From: Octopus sinensis
Taxonomy: Eukaryota
NCBI RefSeq assembly: GCF_006345805.1
Contig: NC_043003.1
Location: 45,322,001 to 45,386,000 of the forward strand
Reading direction: 5' to 3'
Length of the DNA stretch: 64,000 nt
Made by a program: the position numbers and the translations under genes. Below the pieces are notes generated by a model that worked only from the letters and a program-made list of their open reading frames with translations, had not been told where the DNA came from and searched no databases. This document shows, piece after piece, positions 13,497 to 27,989 of this stretch. The stretch's first letter is position 1. Each line of letters starts with the position of its first letter.

Positions 13497-14469
13497 ACTT
13501 AGCACTTCGTCCTTTCGAGGTTGATAATAAAGTGTTGAAGTCTAATACTGAGAGCGATGTAATCGGTTTAGCCCTACCACAAAATACACAATACTTATAA
13601 GCTATACGTGAAAGCATATTCACACACAAACAAAAGTACATATGCACACCGCAGAACAGTCGTACACTACGAAACAACACAAATTTATAATCATGAATCT
13701 CACTATGTTACTACATGATATGATATTACACAAAACAAACATATAGTCACCAGCAATACTGTTATCACAATGACACTGGCACACAGCCCGTGCGTATTCA
13801 CTCATAGATTCCTCACCAGCGTCCTTAGAAACAACGCTCAGAAGGTCCAAACAAATACACTGGCATACAGATACATGCAAATATATTACATACAAATACA
13901 CATAGTCATCAGCGTAAACGACGTCATCACTGTGTCTTCAGACACATCGCTACACACCACTACACACCGCAACGCACCATCATCGCCGCCACCAACAATC
14001 TTATGAATGAAGCCTTTCTAGTGTGTCCCACACGACTGTTCGTTTGATGTGACAGCATAAAAGTGAAATACCCTACCAACACCATTGCCAATGCGGTGAA
14101 GTTACAAGGATAGAGCAAAGTAGGCTTGCAAGAATATACGCACACACACACATGTGTATATATATGTATATATATGTGTGTGTGTATATATATGTGTATA
14201 TATATATATATATGTGTACATATAGTCACACACATATATATATATAATTACATATACATATATATATGTGACTATATGCACATTACATATATATAGTCAT
14301 ATATATATATGTATGTATATACGTATATATTCATGTGCATTCATAAACACACACACATACATATGTGCATATATGTGTATATATGTACACAGACATACAC
14401 ACACATGTATACACACATTCAAACGTCCGCTGACGCACGCATACACACGCGTCAGAAACACAGTGTAAA

Positions 14470-15000
14470 TGGGGAGAGAAGGAAGGGAAGAAATCTGCTG
14501 GGGAAGACTGGGTTAGAATTATGAACAGAAAATGTTGGTCTAGGAAGGGAGTGAAGTCTTGAAGAAAGATGGAGGGCTATGTACAGGAGAAGGAGTGTCT
14601 TGAAAGATAGGGGGGAGAGAGAGAGTGAAGAGTGAAGAGTGGGCAATGCATGGAAATAATGTTGTTAGATGCTGGAGGAAATCTTGTTGGGAAGAATTGT
14701 GTGAGAAAGGGTAGGAGAGGAAGAGAGAGAAACGTTGCAAGTGAGTAAAAATTTCAAGTGAAAGTTTAAGAAGAATGGAGAAAGTTATAGAAGTGTAAAT
14801 ATAAAAGAAGATAACGGAAAAAGAAAACGTGAAGGAGAGACGGAATGAAGAGAAAAGATGTGAGAGAATAAACGTGATTTTGATGAATGAAAAGTAAGGG
14901 AACAGAGAGTAAGATTGAGTCAATATTAGGAAGATTAAGTTTGTATGGAAGGAGTGGAAAAACAGAGATAGAAAATACAGGAAATGAGTGTGATGAGAGT
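14470..15000. repeat. Purine-rich (G/A) low-complexity tract
   Basis: The + strand is nearly devoid of C; produces the F/S/L-rich ORFs on the minus strand. Confidence 0.75.
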
Positions 15001-15864
15001 GGGTAATAAACATACACATACACATACATTCACACGAGGATACACTCACAAACATAACACCTCTCACACACACGCACTCACGCACGCACACACATATACA
15101 GAGAGAGTGGGGGCAATGAGGGAAATAGTGTTATGGAGAGAAAAGAAGAGAATGAGATAGAGGTTGGTTGGTTAAAGGTCAGAAATACGTAAAAAGGAAA
15201 GATACAGAGCAAGAATTAGAAGACAGAGTTGAAAACCAAGAAGAAAACTCGAGGAAGCTATGTGTGCGGGATAACAGAAAGACTGTGTACGCGTGTGTGT
15301 GAGGGAGAGAGACAGACAGACAGAGGGGCGGGGTGCTCGTGCAAGAAACAGAAAGATCAAAACAGAATAATGACCACTTGATATGAAGCACAGAAAGTAT
15401 TCACAAATGTTTATTTTTCTTTCTTTTTATGCATTAAGGCTTAACATGCGCTTTCTTTCAATTAACCTGCATTTAATACTTGTGTATTATGTATCCCAAT
15501 ATACGGGGTAGTTTTTTTTTTCTTCTGTAAACTAGGGAATTCTCCTTGTCCTTGATAATGTATTTTTCACATATAATTTACGTCCACTGTAAAGGTGAAA
15601 GCAAATTTTAACAAGTATTAACGCCACCGTATACCTTGTTATACCCCCGTTAGGCCGACGCCAATATCTGTTTATGGTTTGCAAGACATATGATATTGAT
15701 TCACGAAAGAAGGGTTTAAAGTCTGAGACACGTTGGGTATAAAAAGGTTGGTGCATCCGGAGGACAAGGACTTACTTGACCACACAAAACGGCAGATATG
15801 TAGGTTGTACGATGAAAGAGACAGAAAGAGGATACAACATGTCAATGGCTAGTGGCTTTGACAT

Positions 15865-16057
15865 ATTGATTTTGAAATTTTGCGATGAGACCAGTAATTT
15901 CGGAAACGAGGTAAGTCGATTAAATTGTCCCCAATACTTCACGGGTAAATATTTTATTGACCCCGAAAGGACAAAAGGCAAAATCGACATTTGCGAAATT
16001 TGAACTCAGAACTGCTACAAGCATTTTGACCTGCGTGTCAACGGTTTTGACCAGTTA
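15865..16057 (-). mobile_element. SINE family A, degenerate
   Basis: Reverse complement of the family A core (TTTATTGACCCCGAAAGGACAAAAGGCAAAATCGAC..TTTGAACTCAGAAC). Confidence 0.75.
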
Positions 16058-16489
16058 GACAATTTTCTTTTTCTCTTATATTTTTGATCGAGTATATCCT
16101 TGTATTTAGCAGCAACAGCATCCAAGATATATAAGTGGTATTCTAATAATGCTCCTTAGCTTGTGTCTGGTAAAGGTTTACCAGACAGTCTGTTGTCCTT
16201 GATGATGATGATGATGATGATGATGTTTAGCCCAAAAAAACTTTAAATACCTAGAGCAATATCAAATGTTCTCTCTAACTTTTACCAATACGTTAAGTGT
16301 ATCTAAGTGTAAGTTATTCAATACTACGTATTTTTAAACAACAGAATATAATTTGATGGTGATATACAAGCTATTTCTTTCTATAGATTCCATTACTGAG
16401 GAGAAAGCAAAGATTTTCAAATTTTTGCTATATTTCGCCTGCTTATTAATGCATATTGAGTAGCAGAAATACAGATGGTAGTTTAGATA

Positions 16490-17731
16490 TTAGGTCATCA
16501 AGTATGAAATCTGTAGTAAGGTATATGGTAAACTTTGACAGCTGCTCATTTTGTGCCATTATTATATTTTGACAATCAGAAAGCTGACAAACCAACTTTT
16601 TTTATTCTAACCCCTTTTGCGCTTTATAAATTATTTATTATTATTTTTTGCTATTTTTGTTTAGAGAGGGATAAATCGGAATTTCGTACAGTTTTCAAAT
16701 ATGAGTTCTTTCTTGGAAATACAGCATCACAGACAGCTCGGAATATTAATGATATTAGACAGCAGATAGCATCAAATTGGTTCGCAAAATTTGGTTCTGA
16801 TAACTTTGACCTCACAAATGAGCAACAAAGGTGGATAATGACGACCTGAAAGCCACCGTCGAGTCATATCCATCTCAAGGTTCCCGTGAATTATCGTTGT
16901 TGTTTGGTGTTAGCAAGCAAACAATATTGATACACCTAGTTCAAATCGGCAATGTGAAACCGTTGGATAAGTGAGTTCCACATAAACTCAATGAAAATCA
17001 GAAATAGCAACTTTTGGAGGCTTGCATTATGCTACTTTCTCATCACAAAAATGAATGGTTTTTGACTCGAATTGTAACACGTGATGAGAAATGGATCCAA
17101 TACAACATCCGTAAACGTTCAGCACAATGGCTGGACAAAGACAAACCACCAAAACACAGTCCAAAAAGCAAAATTCATCAAAAAAAGCTGATGGTGTGTG
17201 TTTGGTGGTCTGGTGCATGTATGATCCATTATAATTTCATTAAACCTGGCTCATCAATCACGGCCGAAGTATACTACAGCCAATTGGACCAAAAGATGCA
17301 GAAACTTACAAAAAGTCACCCTAGATTAGTCAACAGATCCACCCCTATCTTATTGCAAGACAATACCAGACCACACATCGCAAAAAATGGCATTGGCGAA
17401 ACTACAGGAGTTGGTGTTGGAAGTTCCCCATCATCCACCATACTCACCTGACCTTGCTCCCACGGACTACCACTTCTTTCAGAATTTGGATAACGTTTTA
17501 ATAAGAAAAAGATTTAATTCCGACGATGCTGTAAAACAGGCCTTCCAAGATTTTATTGACTCAAGATTGCCAGGATTTTACAGTTCCGGGCTGGACAAGC
17601 TACCGCTGAAATGGCAAAAGTGTATACACAATATGGGCGCATTCTTTGATGAATAAAAGTGTTCCTTGTATTTATAAAACATTAACAAACTTTTTTTTTC
17701 TTTTCAACATATTTCATTCTTGACGACCTAA
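16490..17731 (+). mobile_element. Near-full-length mariner (D,D34D; Hsmar1/cecropia-like) with pseudogenised transposase
   Basis: TIRs TTAGGTCATCAAGTATGAAAT / ATTTCATTCTTGACGACCTAA with TA on both sides (16488-89, 17732-33). Motifs DKSEFRTVFKYEF, K*VPHKL, TRDEKW (D 17083), LQDNTRPH (D 17359) and YSPDLAPTDYHFF (D 17465). Stops and frameshifts present. Confidence 0.93.
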
Positions 17732-17979
17732 TATTTTTCATTCTCAATTTAGACAGACTGAAGCTATATAGTAGATTAAGAAATTTAAAGTTCTTAGTAC
17801 AGCATTATATATTTAAAAAATGAATAGAAACGACGTTTCGGATACTTTTCCGTTTTAATAATTAGATGTTTTTGAAATATATATATATTCTGCTTGAGTA
17901 GTCCATGGTGTCCCGAAATAATCAAGTAAAAGATTTTTCCAGTTAGTGCTATTGAGTTAGTCATGGCCTGGGCCGATAA

Positions 17980-18055
17980 TTATATATATCTATATCTATA
18001 TATATAGAGAGAGAGAGATTGATACAGATATATATGTATAAATATAGATATATAC

Positions 18056-18118
<63 letters not shown>

Positions 18119-18127
18119 GATATAAAC

Positions 18128-18159
<32 letters not shown>

Positions 18160-18178
18160 AATATACATATATATATAC

Positions 18179-18277
<99 letters not shown>

Positions 18278-18300
18278 TAGATAGATAGATAGATAGATAG

Positions 18301-18375
<75 letters not shown>

Positions 18376-18380
18376 TAGGA
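17980..18380. repeat. Compound microsatellite (TA)n-(GA)n-(GATA)n
   Basis: Read directly. Confidence 0.95.
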
Positions 18381-19944
18381 ATTTTTGTCAACATACACAC
18401 ACACGCGACTGCATGCTCTTACCCAAATAGCTATATATAAGTATGTATCATTACATACGTATTTGCATACATCCATAAATTCCAAATGAATGGTTTCTTC
18501 CGTCAATTTCGATGTATGAGCATCCAGTTGCTGAATTGGCTGATCAGCTCACTGAATGTCCATGTTAAGGGGCTGAGATTCTAACAGGAATACGGACCTT
18601 TTACATCAGTGGGTTTAACTTTGAGAAAGCTAAACTTTTGAGTTACAATAACTAAGAGTCAGACGTCTTTCACGTTCTTTGCTGATATGAGATCATGGTA
18701 AATGTTTTTGACCAAGACGCCACGGAAGGGGATTAAACACGGCAATTAGTCGTTCAGAAGTAAATTTCGTAGTCACTCAATCATATCTGAACCGATGCAT
18801 ACATATAGGTATACGCATATACTTGCATGTGTGTCTAAGTTTGTGAGAACATGTGATGAGAGTCGTGACGCTCCCTTGCGAGAAATAGACTGGGCGGAGC
18901 GATTGTAAATAGTAGCGGTCGGAGTGAAGTTCGTCTGTTAGTTCGTGTTGAGTTCGCAGTGAAATCGGAAGATGTCGGTTGGTTAGTTCGTTTGGAACGA
19001 AAACCAGCACAGAAAGATAGGGAGAGAGAGAGAGACAGAGAGGCAGAGAATAAAAGAGACACAAGCAAATAGGCAGCACACACACACACATACACACACA
19101 CACAAAACAAACAAACAAACAAGCAAACACACACACTCACACAAGAATATACTTACAGTTTGTCTATGTCTGTCTACCTTGCTATTTACCTATCTCTCTC
19201 TCTCTCTTTGTCACTACACAGCTTAGAGACTACTTCTTTACACATATCAACACATATCTATTTCCCGTTTTTGTTTATCCCTAGCTCATCGATCAAATAA
19301 GGCATATGTAATCAAAGATATTCCATCCATGACCACCAGATATTTTACTGAAGTTTCTTATCAATAAATCTACAGTGTATAAATATGACATTTTTAAAAC
19401 TGTAGAATGTGATTTAAAAGATTTTGATGCTTTTTTGTAAGTCATCGCGCGGCCACGTGGAGACACCTCTCCTTCCATTTTTCTGTATTAGTTATAGCGG
19501 TTCTGTCATTAGGAAATCCAATACCACAAAGTTGATATGGTAGCACCAAGTCACATTGTGAAATATTTCAATAAACCATGTAAAGCAATAATAGTTGTGG
19601 TATTGGAATTTTAAGTGTCTCCTTCTCCCTCAAGTCTCATGTCCTACTTATTCCCCTACGTCATAAGTGGTGTATATGTCACAATGAATTATTATATTTT
19701 ACAAAGCTGAGATTATATCTGTGTCATGTGTAACTTATATGTTATATAATCTGCGTTTCGTTGTTGCTTTACTGTTTACATCCCATCTGACTATTCCCAT
19801 ATTTGTATACACAAACACATATATACATAAACACATACATACATATATACATACGTTTCATGCCTTTAACGATAAGATTTGGAACTTTGCATATTGGCAG
19901 CACCCGCAAATTTTGCGGAGGATTAGGGATCGAGCGAACAAAAC

Positions 19945-20159
<215 letters not shown>

Positions 20160-20639
20160 CATACATAAAGGAATACAAAAATAGGACAAGAACTCAAAAC
20201 ACCCAGACAGATGATACAAAAAAGGGACAGGAAAAACAAGGACGGGTCATTCGGAGTTTTCTTTCCTCAGTTGAGTTCCAGATTATCTTTGCAATTTCCG
20301 CCGGTTATGCTCGAGATTGCTCCAATCTGGGCAGCCCCAATTAAAAACTAAGCTAAGAGACTAGATTCTTGGAAGAAAACAGCGAATGTATACGAAACAA
20401 GGATGGAAAAACAAAACGAAGAAATGGTACACAAATACAAATGCAAATATAACAGGACATGGTGGGGGGAATATAGATGTTTCACGGATGGTAGTCGAAC
20501 CAAGAAAGAAAAGTCAGGCTTGGCCGAAGAACGGTCACGTGGAGAGAGAGAGGAGAGAGGTAGAGGCAGAGGGATATAAGAATTATGGAGGGACGAGAAA
20601 TAAAGAAAAGGGTCATGTGTGGGTGTGTGGGTGTGTGGG

Positions 20640-20845
20640 TGTGTCTGTGCTTGCCGCCACTCCATCGCTTAACAACTGATGTCGGTGTGTTTACGTGTCT
20701 ATAACTTAACGGTTCGGCAAAAGAGACCGACAGAGTAAGTACTAGGCTTACAAAGAATAAGTCCTGGGGTTGATTTGTTCGACTAAAGGGGATGCTCCAG
20801 CATGGCCGCAGTCAAATGACTGAAACAAGTATAAGAATAAAAGAA
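20640..20845 (+). mobile_element. SINE family B, 3' half
   Basis: GGTGTGTTTACG..GTTCGGCAAAAGAGACCGA..CTCCAGCATGGCCGCAGTCAAATGACTGAAACAAG matches 7225-7415. Confidence 0.85.
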
Positions 20846-20884
20846 TACACATATGCATATATATTTGTGTGTGTGTATGTTATA

Positions 20885-21351
20885 CATCGTTATACGACGG
20901 TCTTCCTTGTCTAAACGCTGAACTTCCTCAATCGGCTTCTCGTTTTGGCTTGTTAATGGCGTGTCAAATCCTATGCGTGTCGCGCTCTCCACTGAGGTTC
21001 GAAAAGACTTGAAGCTGCTGTTCCACACCACTCCTTGGTCTGAATTTTGTTTATGGCATGATCACCAAAGGTGTGTTGATTCTTCAGGATCGTTTGAATC
21101 AACAAGCTTTTGACAAAACTAGATGCAATATCTATGCTCAATGCGTTCGGTCAATTTGCTAGAAAACGAAAATCCAACGAGCACGTACTATGCGTGTATT
21201 CTGTGGGTGTAATAGCCGGGAACTGATGCAGTCTACCGGCGCGAAAATTTTCACGCATGCGCAGGAAGGTTGTCGTCATTTCCCAATCAATGGATTAAAT
21301 TAAATTTAGCAAGGAAAAAGATAGTCAAAACGCACCTTTTGAACGCGCCTC

Positions 21352-21354
<3 letters not shown>
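20885..21354 (-). mobile_element. Mariner element 5' fragment (left TIR plus N-terminal HTH region), different subfamily from 16.5 kb
   Basis: Minus strand starts TA-CGAGGCGCGTTCAAAAG, a mariner-type TIR. Translation TERIEHRYCI*FCQKL..FKSFRTSVES..EEVQRLDKEDRRIT. Truncated at the SINE. Confidence 0.75.
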
Positions 21355-21389
<35 letters not shown>

Positions 21390-21700
21390 CTGTCACTTAC
21401 GGCGATGAGAGTTCCAGTTGATCCGATCAACAAAACAGCCTGCAAGTGAAATTAACGTGGAAATGGCTAACCACTCCACAGACACGTGTACTGCTTACTT
21501 AGTTCTCGGTGAGATTCAGCTTGATACAGAACGTGACAAAGCTGTCCCTTTTGAAATACAAGTACTACTCTTTTTTTGCCAGCTGAGTGGACTACAGCGA
21601 CTCGAAATAAAGTGTCTTGATCAACGACACAACGCGTCGCCGTGAATTAAACTGTGGACCTTACGATCGTGATCAGAGTACCCTGACCACTAAGCTATGC
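21390..21700 (-). mobile_element. tRNA-derived SINE, family F
   Basis: Head GCATAGCTTAGTGGTCAGGG (A box), CORE-like GATCAAGACACTTTATT, tail GGATCAACTGGAACTCTCATCGCCGTAAGTGAC. Confidence 0.8.
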
Positions 21701-23409
21701 ATATATGTCGTACCTAATATATATTTTTGCTTCCAGATACATATACACATATTTATATGTATATACACTCTCCAAGAGAAAGAAATACGCAAACATGCAC
21801 ACACACACACACAGGTATGACCCCCGTCACCCCCTCCAAATTATTTTCTCTCGTTTCTATTTTCTTTTATGACTTCTAAATTACAGTCCAGTCAATAGAT
21901 TTTGTCTCCATGGTATCGAAAGAGTATATACTAGTCATTATACATCGAACTCGGCGCTATTGAGTATATTCTCCCTACAGTACAACTTTTGGCTTTGCCC
22001 TAATGTTTGAAACCTTTGTATATTCAAATTTATTTTAACTGAAACCTGACAAAATTGAAACAGTTCTGAGATGTGAATTTCTAAAGCTTATGTAAGGGAC
22101 TGCAATCGCTATAAAAGTTTATAGAAAACATGTTAATTTGCTAATCAATAACTACGACACTTTGTAAATGGCGTACTTCAGAACTTTAGAATGATCGAAA
22201 ATTTTCATGTATTTCTTCTAAGATTTAGGATCAGGCGAACTCGAGAGAGATAATACAGTATTCCTTCTGACCACATTCCTGATATTTAGCAAACATTGAT
22301 TCCTGGAAAAGGTTGGTGAACTGTGAACAATTTACCAATCTTTTAGAAATGCCTCCAATAATCTATCAAGTCTCAAACTTCCAGAACTGGCATGTGTTCA
22401 ATGAAAGCAATTTATGTCTATCTCCTACATTCTTCGGTATATTAATGATACTATAGTTGTCACTTTTAACGGCATACTACCTAGCTGATAATATCATCAT
22501 TCACTAAAACTTCCTTCAATATTCCTTAAAATTTCTTCTTCACATAGGTGTTATCTATATAAAATCTAAACACATTACGCTAGATTTGTACTTTGCGTCT
22601 AGGAACAAAGACATGGAAAACATCTTCCAAGTGATATATGATAATCCATTCATTTTAACAACGTCGTGACACTTTCGCAGAGAATTTATCAAGAAAAACG
22701 TCTCGTGCTACACTCTATCCTTATAACGACACATTCATTTCATTCTGCTAAGTTACTTATCAATGACTACTGCTTAATATTTTGATAGTTATTGCATCCA
22801 ACTTTATTCATGTAACAAAACTTCGCTACGCATTCTTTTTTTAACGGCTAGAAAATATCTCCGCATTTATCAGTAGCAAATCTTAATAGAAAGTGTAAGT
22901 GCAATCTATAGAGATCTCTTTAAATATCTGGTTCGACAATACGAATTATACACAAAAGTAACCTATACATTAAACGGGAAAATGCTTTATCAGAAGCCGT
23001 TGATACAAGTATTTAAATAATGCATATCAATTCCATCATGCATACATGTCTGTATGTATACACAAGCATCATGCGACAAAACAGCTCGTCCCATATGGGA
23101 AAATATATAAAGTTTCATAATAACTTTGCAAGAGAGAGATAGACAAAAAGAACCTTCTAACGTTTGCTTGATATGCTAAAACTATCAGCACTTGCATCAA
23201 ATTTTAATACTACTGAGAACAATGTTTCTTAGATGTACACACATAGGTTATGGTGGCGGGGCTTAAATGCTTTACCTTATTGATCATCAGTATGTATGTA
23301 TGTATGTATGTATGTATGTATGTATGTATGCATGTATGTATGTATGAATACATGTATGTACAAATATATATATATATAGGTATCTATGTATGCATCCATA
23401 TATATATAG

Positions 23410-23768
23410 TCGCAGGCGTGACTGAATGGTAAGAAGCTTGCTTCTTAACCACATATTTCTGGGTTCAATCCCGCTGCAGGGCACCTTGGGCAAATATCTT
23501 CGACTATGGCCTCGGGCCGACCGAAGACTTGTTAGTAGATTTGGTAGTCAAAACCAAATGAATCCTGTCGTATTCATATATATATATGTGTGTGTGTGTG
23601 TTTGCTGTTATTGTGTGTGTGTGTGCATGCGTGTGTATACTTGTGAATCTGTTTGTTCTCCACTACCGTTTGACAAATGCTGTTGGTGTGTTTATGTCCA
23701 CGTAAATTAACATTTCCATAGAATAGATCGATAAGTACCAGGCTTTAAAAAAGGATTCGAGTCGATAC
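23410..23768 (+). mobile_element. SINE family B, degenerate
   Basis: CGCAGGCGTGACTGAATGGTAAG..GGGTTCAATCCC..GCACCTTGGGCAA..GGTGTGTTTATGTCC. Confidence 0.8.
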
Positions 23769-23779
23769 ATAAAATTTCT

Positions 23780-24208
<429 letters not shown>

Positions 24209-26028
24209 CCCCGTTTGAGTGTATAAAACAGTAGAAGAAAACAAGAGAATTGGAAGGCAAATCGACGTGCACTTTGAATACGTGTTAGGCTACAATTCGT
24301 CTTAGCCATCAGTTCTCATATTTTAGAAGAAAAACGTTTTTATAAACTTCATTAAATGCCCTGAATGGGAGGAATCTAATACCACGATAAACGACGATGA
24401 TAAACAAAGGAGACAGGTTCATAGAGCAAAAGCGGACAATTATGTGAGTAATTACTTATAAATTTATTGCCAACAAAAACCCTCTAAGCGAAATGAAGAG
24501 CAGAGAAATTTACACCTGTTTCGGTACAGTTCCAGATTCGATTTGGTTCTACTAGATGTATGTATAATGTAGATGTATTTGGTGTGTAAAAATGCATGTG
24601 CTAAAAGTTTTTCGCTTTTCCAATATTTTTGAAAATATGCATATTTAATAAATCATAAGCAGAGAGCGGGTTTTCAGTGCAAAATTTATCAGAATTTTTA
24701 GGTGCAGTTCTTAAGTGCAAATGAAGTAGTCTTCGGTACAAAAGTTATTATTTTTCGTTCAAATCTAATAAAAATGCCAGGATTCTAAAATATATAATTA
24801 TAAATAAACCAGTTTCAGCTCATTAAATAATAAGTTTCAGTTGACGTATTCAAAATGGGGTTTATTTTTTAATTATTAGGACAAACTTTGCTTTCATGCT
24901 TAATTTTTGTAGCAAATAGTAAAAAATTATCAATACAAATAATTGATAATTAAAACATTAAATAAATAATAACTAACTAAAAAATTAAATAAGAGTATCA
25001 AATTAAGAATTTTTAATTTATCAAATTAAAAATATTAATACTGGATAAATTAAGGAGAATCGGGTATTAAAAATTGATCATTGCCAAATTGATGTGTGCA
25101 TTTGAATATCAATTGACCAAAACTTTTAACATGATTATTCTTAGTCTTAATTATTTTTTTTTATTTTCAATTTCGTAATTTGTTATTTCGTAAACATTAT
25201 ACACAAGCGTCTACTGTTATTCTTCTGTTCCTTTCTCACTCTTTTCCTGATCATCATGCAGGAAGTATGAGAGGTAGCAGAGGATTGGTCAAGGGAAACA
25301 GCAAGTGCCACTGCGATGTTCTTTATGACAATACGCATGTCTTTAACTAGCTAGTTGTCTAATGTTTAATTTGTCACGGTTATGTCAAATGTACCTTGGC
25401 TCTGATCTATGAAGAAATACGCGATGTGCTCAAGGTGTTCCTCGAGGTGAACAGGATAAACCGATGTTGTCTCAAACTAATCAACACATATATTTTGTAA
25501 TACTTTCTAACTAGCATCATCTAATTCATCTACTACAACTTTATAAGCATTTATTCTTCTGTATTTCGAGGTCCTCCTTTTCTTTTTTGTGTAATACACC
25601 CTTTGCCATAGTATAAAATTAACTATTTCACAATAATTAAAGCATCTAAAAAAAAATTATAATTTTAGCAGCTAAATTTTTGTAGTTTTTGTCTCAATAC
25701 CGATTATTTACTTTGTAAAAAACGTTACTTGTAAAAATGAATGTATAAGAACGAAAATATGGGCTGACTAGTGAAATACAGCTAATTACCTTGAAAGGTT
25801 CAGGTAAAGACATATGAAAGTTTTAAAATATTGGAACTAAATTTTGAATTTGAATTTAGTATGTCTTCTGTAGATTGTGCTACAAAGGGGTAAATGTTAG
25901 CAACATATAAAAGAGATGACTAGAGTACCCTTGCGACATATGCGTTCAACTTTGCGGGGCCAGTTTCTTTCCCCCGTAGCACCCTTTCATATGCATCCAT
26001 GAGCACATAGCCAATAGTTTGTGCTGAT

Positions 26029-26202
26029 CTATATTTAAGAGATTAGGAATTATGTACATTATTTACATTATTTACATTTGACGGATATTTGTCCTCATCT
26101 TGTTTGTTGTAAACTCAATGTTTCGGCTGATATACCCTCCAGTCTTCCTCAGGTGTCTTGGGGATATTTCGAACCTGGGTTCTCATCCCTAACGTATTTT
26201 TC

Positions 26203-26299
<97 letters not shown>

Positions 26300-26407
26300 G
26301 TTATTATTATTATTAATCTTATTATTATTCAAGTCACTGCTTGGAATCGGACTCGGGATCTAGGGGTTAGTAGCTCGCGCTCTTAACCACTACGCCATAT
26401 GCCCGTG
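26029..26407 (-). mobile_element. tRNA-derived SINE, family C (hammerhead-bearing), full length, internal (AAT)n
   Basis: Minus-strand head CACGGGCATATGGCGTAGTGGTTAAG (A box) and GAGTCCGATTCC (B-box-like). Body colinear with 38567-38859. Its hammerhead-like motif (26112-26157) is mutated. Confidence 0.85.
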
Positions 26408-26412
26408 AGCAT

Positions 26413-26570
26413 ATAATAATAGCATCGAAAAATACCTTAGGAATGAGAACACAGGTTCGAAATTTCCCCAAGACACCTGATGAAGGCTGGAGGGTATATC
26501 AGCCGAAACGTTGTGTTAACAACAAGCAAGATGAGGACAAATATCTGTCAATTGTAAATAACGTAAATAA
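26413..26570 (+). mobile_element. Headless 3' body of SINE family C, inverted relative to the neighbouring copy
   Basis: AAAATACCTTAGGAATGAGAAC..GAGGACAAATATCTGTCAATTGTAAATAACGTAAATAA with no tRNA head of its own. Confidence 0.85.
26472..26517 (+). ncRNA. Minimal type I hammerhead-like motif (Penelope-type)
   Basis: GACAC-CTGATGA-A-GGCTG(GAGGGTATAT)CAGCC-GAAAC-GTT-GTGTT. Stem I GACAC/GUGUU, core CUGAUGA, stem II 5 bp, GAAA, palindromic ACGU stem III, GUU site. Confidence 0.7.
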
Positions 26571-27246
26571 GTTTATGATGAGTCTGAGGAAAATAAATAA
26601 ACTCTTGTACATTATGTTAAAGGGTAGTTTGTTTGATCAAGTTTTGTAGACGTCACGAATTTCTGGATATCAAGAGCCCATCAATGTTTGATTTTTAGAT
26701 CTTCAGTGGCATAGACGCCGAAATATTTGTGTCATGTGGGGAGGAATTTCGTTTGAAGGTGGAAGAAATTAGGTTCCACGAAAATCACCACAGGAGTTAT
26801 CTCTCTCTAATTCTGAACCAACTAAATGTTATTGCCTATTTGACTCGGCACGTTTAAGAGCTTTCTGAGCACAATCCCCGCCCCCTAAATGAAGACACAT
26901 TTCTGTAAGCCTAAATTCCCACTCAGCTCTGTGTTGGAAAACCATGAGAGAAAGATTACAGTGAATCATAAATGAGTAATTGAAACCTCCTCCTGTAATC
27001 CACTATATATTATTTGATCGAAAATAAACATAAGGAAACAATTTCCTTCATTAAGTGAGACGTGTGTGCTTTTACATTTGAATGAAAATATAATCAGCAT
27101 ATCATTTTTATTTCACATCAAAATTCTTATAGAATACGTTTAAACATCCACTTCTTGCGAATATATATTCCAACATTAATTAAAAGTATTATCTATCACA
27201 CCTGCATCCAAAATCTTCCTACTGATCTATACAAACACACACACAT

Positions 27247-27315
<69 letters not shown>

Positions 27316-27696
27316 GTAGATATACACATATATGCAACATTGTAAAAAATATATATATACTCACATATGTATGTATGCATGTATGTATCTATGTAGGTAT
27401 CTATCTATCTATGTACGTATTTAAATACACATATATAATGATATATGATTTTATATATACGCTAATATCTAACAGTGAGAATGGCTACTGAACACCTCAT
27501 TGGTAAACTGGTTTTCTCACGTATAAAGTAAAGGCATGAAATTATAAGAATCTTTAGAGCGATAACTGACGGAGAACAAGCAAGTAACTTATGTGTAACT
27601 TTTCTGTTTATACCTTTGTTGCGTTTCAGTTAAAATTTGGGAACTTACATATAAACATACATACATACCTACATACATATGTGCACATAAACACAC

Positions 27697-27731
<35 letters not shown>

Positions 27732-27951
27732 TGTGTTTGTGTGTGTCTGTGTAAATTGGTTGCAAGTTTCCTGAACAAATCCCATTTTAGGCGATTCCTT
27801 ATTTCTTTCCACGATGATGGAATAGAAAATTTCTATTTCTATTTCTTTGTGGTTTTTTGACCAAAAATCCTTGGATCTCTACTAAAATATATCATTGTGC
27901 GCATCTATGTACGTGTGTGTGCGAGTGGGCGCGCGCGTGTATGTGCCTGTT

Positions 27952-27989
<38 letters not shown>

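Noticed and set aside
17825-17860. CCGAAACGTCG on the minus strand
   Set aside because: No upstream CUGANGA, so only half of the motif is present.
22150-22650. Possible hAT dimerisation-domain remnant on the minus strand
   Set aside because: Only vague motif resemblance across several stops and frames.
26330-26407. tRNA-like sequences here and at 38567, 48300-48460 and 21630-21700
   Set aside because: They lack a proper acceptor stem and continue into repeated bodies, so they are SINE heads, not tRNA genes.
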